Notes under the pieces: model-generated
Seen by the model: the letters and a program-made list of their open reading frames with translations, nothing else
What the model was told of the DNA's origin: nothing
The model's database searches: none
Made by a program: the position numbers and the translations under genes
In this document: positions 36,801-48,300 of the stretch, piece after piece
Layout of the letters: the number at the start of each line of letters is the position of its first letter
Numbering within the stretch: the stretch's first letter is position 1
Assembly (NCBI GenBank): GCA_000708835.1
Contig: DF237131.1
Span: 88,882-152,881, forward strand
Direction: 5' to 3'
DNA: 64,000 nt
Origin: Klebsormidium nitens
Lineage: Eukaryota; Plantae; Klebsormidiophyceae

Positions 36801-39751
36801 CCAACCTCGAACCTGGTTCTCCCCACCCGGTTTCCACTCGGTCTCAAGGCTTGGGGGAAATTCCGGCCACTTAGCTGGGAGATACTTTTTGACGGAAGCC
36901 CGGTCTTTGCGTAGTCGGAACCCTTGATCGAGTACCCGAGCTTGAATTGGTCAATCAGACCCAGCACGGCCGCTTTGTCCCCTACCTCCCCCAATAGCTC
37001 GGGTATGAGAAACGTCTCGAGAACGCCTCTTTCACACAACTGAATTGCGGCGTCGCTGACTTTGGCGTTGGGATGCGACTTGTACCTGTCCGCAAGCGTA
37101 TGGTCGAACAGAGTGCCAAGGCACTCCCCCACCAGCCACGCCGGATCCAAGAAGACCTTGCCCCGCAACCCGTCCAACTTCTCAAAGTGAAGCACGTACC
37201 CAACTTCGGTCAAGTATCGAAGAGCTCCTGCGCTTGCAGAATCCTCCTGGGACCGAAACCGAGCATTGAACTCCTCCATGCTGATGACTCTCCTTGCTAC
37301 CACCGTTGACGAGCTGTCCGATTGCTCCAACTGTTTTTGCACTCCCAGGATCGCACCCATAAGGGCGACCCATGATTTGGGCAACCCGACCTTGAAGTTA
37401 ACTGGGTCGTTCGTTACAATAGCCGCAATATGGCCTTCCAGAGCGCGTAGGCTCGGGTCGCGACCCTGTTGCGATGTCCCGATCGAACTAACGACAAACA
37501 ATTCTTCGAGAAGGAGCGGGGCTGGCTGCCCCAAGTAGCGGTCCAGGTTGTCTACATCAAATGCCTCGGCAACACGTCTGACTTCGGTGTCTAGAGCTTC
37601 CTGTATTTTGCTCCGAACCAATTCAAGCCTTCTCAACGCTATAAGACGGTCAATCAAGTCGCCCTTGGTTCCAACAAGGATAAATGTGGCACCTGGAGCA
37701 ACCGCTTGAACGAGGTCTACTCGGGCCTGCACGAAATACACACAATCAGCCCATTAGGTTTCGAAGAGTACGGTCTGGACGGTCAAATATGGGCTCGCGG
37801 CCCCGTCAATTGAATCGTTTGTGCTGGTCGCATTGCTGCAAGAGTCTGCAGATAGAGGAGCTGACGTTTCTTATGTGAGTGTCCACAACGCATTGCCAAA
37901 AGAGTTGCCTCTCGCGGTGACTTCAAACCGCACTCCTCGCTCCTTGAACCAAACACAGACAAAACCAAACGAACCGGAAGAGACCAGTTGATGAACCAAT
38001 GACAAATTTTATCTAGTAGTGGACGTCGAAGCTATTATTCACAAGCATAGGTCGGTATAGCAGTTGGTATTGCTGAGTACGTGCCTTGAAACTAGTGCTT
38101 GATAACAGTCATGGTCTGTACTCAAGATGGTTTTCGAGAGGCCTCTCATAACTTGAAACGAATTTGTCAAGAAAATGCAAGGACCCGTTGCCAGATGCTA
38201 AGACTATTTGACCAAATGCGTAAGCACAGGCTGAGAACGAACCAGGGAAAATCTTGAACTCACATTGATCTCGTCTAGGTCGTCCTCCGGATCCTTGCTG
38301 ATGTCGACGACCAAAAGATAAAGGCAGTGCTCTTTGGTAAAGAAGAGCCGTTGCATTGCCCCATACTGTTTCTGTCCAGCCCAATCAAACGCCCTGAAGG
38401 TGACCGTCTCTTTCTCGTCCGCCACCTTCCACTCAATGAACCCCAGGTTGCCACCAACAGTGGTCGCCTCACCCAGAGATACGTCTTGCTTCGAAAGCGC
38501 CTTGAAAAGGCTGGTCTTTCCTGCCCTTGGCAGGCCAATAAACACAAGCTTTGCAAGCGCCTTCTTTTCAAGCCCTGAGGACTCGACATCCTCCAGCCAC
38601 TCGAGCATTGCCTGGACCCCTTGCAGGGCGACCGGCAACGGTGGGGATTGCAGATTCCTATTTCCTTTGCAGAGGAGAGTGCAGAGAGCGGGTGCTCTCA
38701 GCAGGTTGAGCGGCAGGTTGTGGACTTGGTTATTACTCAGATCAACAGCAGTGAGCCCTGACATGCCCCCTAGAGTTGACGCTAATGACTGTACGCCCTC
38801 GTCCCCAATTCGGTTTCCTTGCAGGTTTAGGTTGGCCAAGCCCACCATCTTCCTGAGAAACACGGCCAAGACACTGGCTCCTTTGTCATCAATCACATTG
38901 TTTTCCAGGTTCAAAGTGGTGAGCAACTCCAGCTTCTGCAACTCTGGGCCCCAGAAGACGGCAGCAGTCCCAAACTCCATTCGGAAGTTGCCCCCAACGT
39001 CAAGGTAGGTCAGTCGTGACAGCCGACCAAGTACAGGCGCCAGCACCACAGCACCTCCTGCCTCCAAGAAGTTGTGCCCAAGCGCAAGATGATTGAGGGC
39101 TCCCCCTGCCATCCCGCTCAGGATGCTGGCCAACCACGGAGCCCCCTTCTCTCCCATATTGTTGACCCCCAGATTCAGGGACTCTAATCTAGTCATCTTG
39201 CTGAGAACAGGGGCAAGAGCTTGGATACCACCGGCCTCCATCCTATTGTGGCCCAAGTCTAGGTTTGTCAAGCATGACAAGGCTCCCAGTGCAGAAGCCA
39301 GCACCCTCGCACCGGCAGCCTCAATCCGGTTGTGCCCTAGGTCGAGGGAGGTGAGCTTGACCAGCTTGCATAGCTGTGGGCCCAGCCGCCTTGCACCACC
39401 GCTACTGATTTCGTTGAACCCTAGGTTCAAAGCAGTGAGCGTGACAAGCTCCCCCAGCTTCGAAGCCAGAGCCCCAATCCCCGAATCACTTATGACAGTC
39501 CAGCGAAGGTCCAAGGTCTTGAGCATTGTCGCTCGCTCAAGCTCAGTGGCTAGTATTTTAGCACCCTCTTTGTCAATGCGGTTGCTTGCAAGGTTGAGGG
39601 TAGCCAGGTTGCTGAGGAGCTGATTGAGGCGAGGTCGCTCATCTCCCTCCAATTCCTCCCTTCTACAGACCTTCAACAAGAGGAAGACGGCTTCTGACTC
39701 TTGTCTCTTGCCAGCTGATGCAGGCAGGTTGTTGATTCCCTCTAGTTCCAT
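33834..39751 (-). CDS. Roco protein (RNI-type LRR - Roc GTPase - COR - TORNADO1-like C-terminus), with one frameshift
   Basis: About 12 LRRs of ~28 aa (LxxLxLxxNxIxxxGA), P-loop GLPRAGKTS, G3 DWAGQ, G4 GTKGD, COR motifs LPKSW, LTEVGYVLHF and VFLDPAWL, and C-terminal YLLCE and LWVCASC. Exons: 39751-38264, 37726-36189 (frameshift near 36890), 35492-35196, 34739-34560, 34136-33834. Confidence 0.88.
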
Positions 39752-42020
39752 GTTCGCTGCAATATTAGAGGTGGAAAGGCATAAGTGTCACGCTTGTTTT
39801 GAGCACCTTCAGCTGCTGCATGACTTCAAAAACTTGATCCAGGTCAGGCAGTTGCAGCTCTCATATTGCAAGTTTTGATTTTGTTGATTGAAGCACTCCT
39901 TCCTGTACCAGGTACCGTTAGAAGATCTGTGAAGACTGCATGGATGCTTTCAGCAACAGCAAAGCTTTGACCAACAAAAAAAGATTCGAAGGAGATCTAT
40001 ATAATATTTGAAGTGCTTTGCTGTATCGACTGTAGTAGACTGAACAGGTGGCCTCCAAACGCAAACAAGCAATCAGAAGTGGCTTGCTCCATGACTCTTG
40101 AGCATTTGCTTGCAATGATGGATGCTGATACAAAGGAAGCTTGGGCAGCCTGCAAAGCGGCGGCCTTGCAAGACGTTGCTTTTCAAAACGTTGCAATCAA
40201 AACTTTCAGCGCTACGTTTCATGAATGTTTGCCAAAGTATGGTTCGCATTTGGAATGTTATCGAAGCACCTAGTAACCTCAACCCCTAGACTAAGATTCT
40301 GGAATCCTGATTCATACATGCTTCAACTACCAAAACATAAGCCTATCTACACATCCATTGCTTTCAATACCATAGTGTGTCAAGTTCCTCGCTTTGAGGT
40401 TGACTGCAATGTCAAACTCCTAGCAGCATGACAATGCACTAAAGCGGATCAATCGCTTACCCCGTAATGTGTTGTCTACTCCAATTAAGCACTGGTTGGT
40501 AATCGGTGGTCAGGAGCCTTAGGTAATACGTGCATAATCAGCTTGTGATCGGAGCCACCATTCAATGCGAATCTTGGTGAGCCTAAACTGCTAGGGGCAC
40601 AAAGCGTCCCAATAGCTCCAATACCCCCTGAAAAGAGTTGGCTCAGTCCTGCCCAAAAAGCAGCTTGAGTTGATCAGATGTCCAGCTCTCCTCACATTTG
40701 TCTTAAGCTGCCTTCAAGAAGCCTTCAGTTGATAATGCAGAGTGATCCTAAGCTCCAGCTCTGGGCGCTGTACAATATTCTGGCAACAAAGTCAATCCTC
40801 AGAATGCGTCTCCTGGTCAGGACCGAAAGAATGCACTTTTAAATCTCAGGCTTGTTGCCTGGCTAGAAGGAAGGCAATGCTGAATGCATTGCGCAAGGAA
40901 TGGACATGAAGTCAATGATGCTGAATGCATTTGAGTTCAGGTTCTTTGGCCAGCATTCCTCCAGGATAGTTCATTTCCAAGCTCACCTTCCTTTCTGATA
41001 TACGCAAAGTGTATATCTGCAAGGCGTCACTCTATTCTCCAGAGTCAAAAATTGGTAGATCACTCATACACAATCTGCATTTATCGCTCTGTTGCTGACC
41101 AATGTAACACAGTCTGTGGTCATAGCAGTTTTCTTGGAATAATGCTACAATCTTGCATGCGCAGAATCCAGAATAAAGAGAAGCAAGAAGCAAGAAAACC
41201 TCCCCGTTATGCCTCTATCCTTTCTATAAGCACATAATGCAAAATGCAAAAGAACTACGCTGCTGATTGGGCTGGGATGGACGCAGGATGCTCTGGCCCC
41301 CAACGACCCAGCTCAGACCCTCTCTGGGATGAATAAAAAGTAGCTTCAGGCCCCCACGGGTGCAAGATGAATACTCATTGAAAAGTTTGGGTCTTCTCAG
41401 ACTTACCATTGTGACACTTGTAAAATGTTTGGGGGCTCATGCCAGTGGGACCGCGTTGCAATATGTTCCTCACTAAAGGGACGCCTTGCAGAAAGCTCTC
41501 AGCAGGATTTGCACCTTTTTGAGAGATTGATATCCTTCGTGCTAGCTCAGTAGCTGGATGAGCATCAGGTTCATAAACTGAAACCTTGTCGAGCTGGGGC
41601 AGAACTACGGTATTAGCTGTATTACCGTATACCAATACTGTGTAGTCAGATCAGCTACCTACATTACCGGTAGTACCTACATACCGTACGGTAGTACACG
41701 GCCTACAGGTACTTACTACTAATACCTACTACCGTTACCAGGGTATACCGGTACCGTACCCTCAGGGGCCTGTCACCTGGGTGTACCTAGACAGTATACC
41801 GTAGGTAGTACCGTAGGCACCTGAGGGCTGGTGACTCCTGAGGCCCGGCGCGCATCATGTCGGAGTCCCCCCCGGGGCGGCCCGCCGTGGCGCGGACTTC
41901 GTCGAAGGTCGATTAATTGGACGCACGCAACTTCGCAACCTCGGCGGCAGGCTGAGACGGTACATTTGTAAACTCGTCGATCTCGATTTCACGTTCATGG
42001 TTGGAAGGCGCCCACCTGGG

Positions 42021-42103
42021 GACGGGTGGGGTTGGCCTGGGAGTTGGGGTGGGTACGGGTGCGGAGCGCGTCAACTTTAGAATAAGGTTTTTAGTTTTGG
42101 TTT
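42021..42103 (+). repeat. G-rich telomere-like dispersed repeat, copy 1
   Basis: 43 of 51 ungapped positions match the reverse complement of 55290-55340, including the 22-nt exact core GGGTGGGTACGGGTGCGGAGCG. It abuts the N gap. Confidence 0.85.
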
Positions 42104-42123
42104 NNNNNNNNNNNNNNNNNNNN
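42104..42123. other. Assembly gap
   Basis: 20 N. Confidence 1.
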
Positions 42124-45100
42124 AGTCATATATACCTATCTCAGTCAACATTCCTTTTCATAATAATAGTCAACATGAAATCGAAGTACCTTTACCTATT
42201 TACAAATGATACACTACCTAGTACCTACACAGTACCGGCAGTACCTACTACCATAGCTTACCGTTTTTACTAGGTACGACGGTACGGTAGCTAGGGTACT
42301 TATCACTGGCCGGCAGGGGTCGGTGAATCGCGCGTGGCGAAAGGGCCGGCCGGCCGAACCACAATTAAGCGGGGGCCCGGGGGGTCTGGTATTCTGAAGA
42401 GCCGACTAAAATGAAAAGTACCCGGCTAAAGCGGGCCTTTATTTGGAGGCTGCACTGCGCTGCAGGGTTGAAGCTGGGAAGTACGGTACCAGGGTTGAAG
42501 CTGGGTTAAATTGTTGTCAAGGCGTCATAAGCCGACTGGAACTCGGAGTACCCGGTTTTGAGCTGAGATCTGAGGACTTTCTGCCGACCCCTGGCCAAAA
42601 CTCTCGACAGTATTGCACATTCGGTCAAACCTGGCCGCTTGACCCGAGTCAAACTCTGATCTGCGCGATCGATCGGTCGACGATAACTTATATGATCTAT
42701 GCCGTACGGCGTGGAATCGGTGGATACGGTACCTACTAGGTAGACCAGTATCGAGAATCTTGAAGTTGAGATTTGAATGACAGCAGTGCTGCCAGCGGGC
42801 ATGGAAGTTGTCATGCCGAAAAGTGTATCAAATTCAATCATTGAGAAGCCGGCCCCTCATTTTCGTACATGGTACACCGGGCCCGGGTACTATAGCGCCG
42901 GTCGCCCTAGCTTTCGCAACGCAGGGGGCCCTGCAGGCTGCAGTGTTCACTGTTCCCGCTTCGACACGGAGAATTTTGAATCGGCTTGTGCTACGTCCAA
43001 ATCTTTAATTTAGGTACTAGAAACTACTTAGGTACCTCAAATATGAATTTACGTACCGGCCCAGATGGAATCTTGGTCGGCCGCCCCTCCGTTGAGTCGG
43101 CCGCCCGGTGGCAATCCCGCTGGCTGACGTTTGCCTGGTGTCACGGCTCGTGGTACAGGAGGCTGGGTACGTACAGTACAGTCAGGAGGTACCTACCCAT
43201 GGCGGTTCTCCCGGCGCGCTCCCGCACAGTGCGGGGAGGCCGCCACGCTGGCACCGTTCCGGGCCCGCCCAAACATGCACTACAGTGCTGGCGAGCCTGG
43301 TGACTCGAGGACTCGTGTCGGACCGTCTAGCCATTTTGCAGAGCACCTAGCATGATGATGATATTATATGACTGAGCGCCAAGCATCAGGCCAAATCGAA
43401 TCGAAACAATATGCCAGTGATCTCAGAATGTCGGAGTTTGAGGACCCCGTCAGGACCAACTCATCATTGCGCATCTACGTATCAACCCCAGAACCCCGTA
43501 TGAACTGTATTGAGCGAGTGACAAGGTCAAGCTAACGTACGAACATGCCAGACCTCTTGACATTTCACTTCATTAGTGGCATGTGACTAGATGACTATGC
43601 GACATGAATTTTACTCATTGAACCAAATTGCAGCAATGCGTGAACTTCCCCGCACGGACGAAAATGCTAGCTCGCCCTGATTACAAAACTCTGCTTACCT
43701 TCGCCCATGATATGTTTAGTGCAACTCTCGTGCAACTGGGGTACAACAGTACAACTACTGAGATAAGTGGTAGAAGAACCTCAAAAAGCTCGCGAGCTTT
43801 GTTACTAGTAGCTTACTTCAGAGTCCAGACAATGTTGTCAAAACACTAAAACAAGCTGACCTCCTCAGCCACTGGCGAGCCTTCCTAGAAGCATCCGTTT
43901 TTATGAATCGAAACGAGATGTCCTCGAAAAGGTTCAAGAGCATAGTACCGTACAGACGTTTGACCGTGCCGGAATCGGGCTGCCCAATACTTCGAGTAGT
44001 TACAAGGGTTGAGAGCAGTGGCTGCAGTGAGGCCGCAATTGGTTTGAATAAAATTGAGAAGAGCTGAGCAAGCATGATAAATTGGGGGCATCCATAGCAT
44101 CAAGACTATGTGCCACGGCTGCAACAAGTAAGTCATCAATCATTACATTATGATTCGATCAGCCGTTCTGTCAAGCAAGCCTTTGGTGCTCTTCCAAAGC
44201 CTTCGCATTGATGTTGATAATGTTGAAAATGATCTCTTAGCACCCGGGATCACTAGCTCACTGAGTCGACGTGAGCTTAGGAGCTTGACGTGCATACTGT
44301 GCATCCTGATTGATCATGAGATCTTAGATCACATGTAACAGCCGCAACATGCAAATAAGCAGCGAGTCACCAGAGGTTGACATCCATCCCAGATATCATC
44401 TTGGAGGTGTTTCGGTGAAGTCGGCTAGGCCGGTCAGTAAAAGCTTGATGTTGCAAAGTGAGTCGCCGTACAAAGACAGCCGCCTGAAGCTTGACTAAAA
44501 GATGAGCAGATTGCAAACTTGAACGCGTTGGAATGGCCATTACCACATTGAAGGTGCGCTGCACATATACTCACGTACAGCCTCCGTACAGTGTTCAAGC
44601 GTTCCATATTTAAGTTACTATATTTCTAGCTTGCGGAAGGATGATTGCCGCGTATTCGCACGTGATCGCGAGAGACCCTATAGACGCGGGCCATGGTGTG
44701 GCACATACGTATCAAAATCCATGATGCAGATCGGCTTCGCACGAAGTTCCATTCAGTTTTGGCAGGTGCAGGCGATGCAGCCGTAATGCACAATTGGCAG
44801 CGGGCCACATAGCTATGCCAACCATGGTCCAGGGTTTCGCAACTCTGCATGTGATGATATCAGCGCATGCGCTTGATCGTGCTAGCTAGACACTCGTAAG
44901 TTGCTAGGCTTCAAGAGTTGATTAGGAGACATGCGAGGATCAAGTGGACGTGTAGCCCACAAAGCAAAGATCAGACTGAGAGCCGTACGGCCGCCAGGTG
45001 CCATCAGACTCACGCATCGACATCATAATTTGAATTGTATTGCAAAAAGTTAGACGATGCAGGCCAGCGAGCAGCTTGCCTTAGTACGCGAGCATGTCTA

Positions 45101-45349
45101 TTCAGTCAGACAATTGTCCTACGTTATGTTCTTTCCTGGATTCAGCTCCATTAGGCTACTGAATGCCTCAAGCCGCAAACAACAGGCAGATTGCCTGCTA
45201 AGCTTGCACACTCATGGCAGTGTCACCCGATCGTTCTAGCTACATCAAAACGCGTAATGTTCTTTGTTCGATGAGAATCGAACCCTTCCTTGACGATAGT
45301 GCAACTCTTTGACGGATGAGTGTATACTTAGCTGCAACCGCACCTAGAG

Positions 45350-48300
45350 TTACTGTGCTGCCCCGTCTATACCAAGCGGTGGAGTCCCTCTTGATTTCAG
45401 CACGGCTAGCCTTTCCAAAACGCTGCTCGGCGAGTTCCCATCGGCAACAATGCCGCTTTGAGCCTCTTCCCATCGCCCGGAGACTGCTGGCCCTTTGGAC
45501 AGATCACCCGTTTTCGCCCCTGTCCGTACGTCCGGTTTGTCGGTGACACTTGGCTTCCTCTCCAAAGCCTCCACGGGCGGGATCCACGACAGGAAAGCCG
45601 GTACCGCGTTCAACTGCGGGCTCCCGAACCCTTCCGACACGCGTTCCTCCCGCCGCAGGCTGCCCGTCCGCCGGTGCGGTTCTGGGCTCCCGGCGTCGCT
45701 GCTGCTGTTGCTCTCGAGCAGCATACGGGGCCGGCCGCCCCCCCCGCCCAACCGTGGCACAATTCCCTTGCCCCTACCCGCCGGTTTCTCGTCCGAGAAT
45801 TCAGCCGAGCTCGAAGTTTCTGTCAACAGCGCCGTCCGCTGCCGGAGGATCTCCAGTCGTTTCCGGACGCCCGGGGAGCTCGGGCTGACGTTCGTTGCCC
45901 TGGGCGATCCGGACGTTCCCTTCCCAGACACTTCATCCACTTTAGTGTGCGCTTCGGACGCGACCCCCGGCACTTCCAACCGGGGCAATTCCCGTGCGAA
46001 CGCCTTCTGTGTGTCGCTGAGAAGTTCGTTTGACGGCGACCGTAGAAAGCCCGGCGGCCCCCCTGGGGCGTCATTAGAGGGCGACCTCGCGACTTCCGGG
46101 CTCAATCGGAGCGGGTCGGTGCCCGGAGAAGCTCCCCCGGGGGACGTCTTATACCTGGGGGACCTGGCTGCCGGCGAGCTTCCGGCGGACGGCGACTTCT
46201 TGCTGGGCACTTTTGTCTCAAACCAGCGCACCAGGTTCCGGATCGCGCCCCCCCCGCCTTTCGTTTGCGTTGCGGACTCGTCCTGGCTTCCAGCACCCTT
46301 GTCAGACGCCGCGCTGGGCGAGTTTGCCTGCACAGTGTTTCCTCCAGGTGAAGGGATCCCCACAGGCTGGACCCAATCGGAGGGATCCCCGGGGCTTGGG
46401 GTTGGGGATCCCCCGCTTTCCTCGCCCGCAAACCGCTGCCGCAAAACGGCCAGCCGGTCGAACACGCTGTTCGACAGCTCTTCCGCGTTTCTTGCGGTGC
46501 CGCCGGGTGACGTCGTGGGCGAAACCGGTGCGGACCTCCGGGCGCTTTCGTACGAGTTTGCGCTCGGAGCCGGACCCAAAGTCCGGGCCGTCGAGGGCCG
46601 TTTCGCCTGTTCTTCTCTTCGCGACGGCCGTGGCGCCGCCGAAGGTTCGGGAACCGACCGCTTCGAAGCTTGGGAATGGGTGGGGCTCCTTCCTTCAACC
46701 GCCGCTGGCCGACCGGCTTCTGACTTCGCTACTTTGGTTGAATTTGGTTGGACGCCCTCCTCTGAGCTCGTAGGCAATCGTGACAGCCCGAACGTCCTGC
46801 TCAGGTTTGCAGCAACGTCGTTGCTCAGCCGCACTCCGTCCCGTCCGCTCGAGCTCCCGGTCGGGCTCCCCTTCGAACCGTTACCGCTGCCCCTAATATC
46901 GTTGCCGCTGTCTGCCGGGCTCCTGTTCGAACCGTTCAATGGTGGCGCAGGGGGCTTGTCAAGTGTCTGCAGGCTGCTTCGGGGTTGGGGACTAGGATTG
47001 GGAAGCGCAGGGCTGGCAGGTGCGGTGCTCATCTGGGCGATTTGGTCTTCAAGCGCGGCGTTTGCGGCCGCGAGGCGAGCAAGCTCTCGCCACATCCCGT
47101 CGCCTGCAGAACGTGGGGGGGCGGAGTCAGCCCTCGGTGTCAACGTTTTGCTGCACAATAGGAGCTTGAGAGAGGACCGCAAAAAGAAGCGTAGACTCCG
47201 GCTTTCGTAAAGTAAGAACTCCTTGAGGCTCAATTCGTCCTCCCCAGTTCAGACTGGTTAAGGATACAGCCGAAACAACAAGCAAACCCAAGTATTGGTC
47301 GCTACGGTCCAGCTCAATTCAGCCAAGCTTTTCAGCCGGCTTCTCCGTTTCAATCAGAAGGGGAACCGAGTCACACCCCGTTTGGCAGACTGCGCGAGAT
47401 TGGAGGGGACAAGAACCCCAGGGCAGCGCTTGTTTTCCGATGCATCATATTCCAAACCCAATCTGGCCTCGACAACGAGCTGCAGGCAATCCCTCTACAT
47501 TCCATGGTGTATAGCCATTTCTCCACTACACGCCACAGCACTTTCGCAGAGGAGAAGCCTCACCGAAGTGTGACTGCTCCGTGATCAACTTTCAAAGGGC
47601 ACACAAACAAGGCCAGTGTGAGAGAGGGGCACACGCGCCCTTGTGAAAAGGGGCCACACAAGCCCAGTGGCCCTTCGCACCTGTTTTGTCCACCTCCTCT
47701 AGTTTCTGCAGCCGCCTCTTCAGCATCCGCCGCGCATGCTCCGCCTCCCCGGCCCGCTGCTCCGCAAATTTGACCCCCGCAACTGCCGCCTCCGCCTCCG
47801 TCCTGGCTTCCTCCAGCCGCACCAATAGATCCTGCAAAAAGTAGTCTCTTTGTTAGTATTGCGACAATGAGACAAACTCACAGGGACAGGTAGGGATCAG
47901 TGTGGGGTTTCACGGTGGGCATGGGGGCGGAGCAACCTCTTTCGAGTTTAAAACTTGAGAATTAGCTTCGTCTCCAAAATATCCGCGAGTTTGACCCTCG
48001 CAACAGCCGCCTCGGCCTACGTCCTGGCCTCTTCCAGCCGTGCCAACAGATCCTGCAAGGGTCCGAGCACGCATAGGATCACCTAAGTAAAGCGGGTCAG
48101 CAAGTTCTCGGATGTTGTCATTAGTTTCGGAGAGCGTTGTTGGTAGGTACGTCTCCTTGCTAACATGGCATACGTTTTGCCAGTGGATCGTCGCCCGCCC
48201 CGTGCCTTTTGTGTGCACGGGCTTCAAAGGATATGCCCATTGAACTCAAAAAGATCGGACAGACGTGCTTTGGCTGCCACGCTTTCTCTGTCTGGCGATT

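Larger units (their letters stand above)
41630..43200. repeat. GTAC/TACC-rich low-complexity repeat region around an assembly gap
   Basis: Dense gtac/tacc/ggta words at 41630-41820, 42180-42300, 42720-42750 and 43150-43200. A 16-bp direct repeat CAGGGTTGAAGCTGGG occurs at 42463 and 42490. There is no credible ORF. Confidence 0.7.

Noticed and set aside
43400-44900. Possible decayed transposase or retroelement
   Set aside because: CATG/TGCA-rich and repeat-like, but no RT, integrase, DDE or tyrosine-recombinase motif could be read in any frame.
45495-47210. 571-aa + strand ORF
   Set aside because: It is the antisense shadow of the GC-rich last exon of the coiled-coil gene, with no motifs and no splice context.
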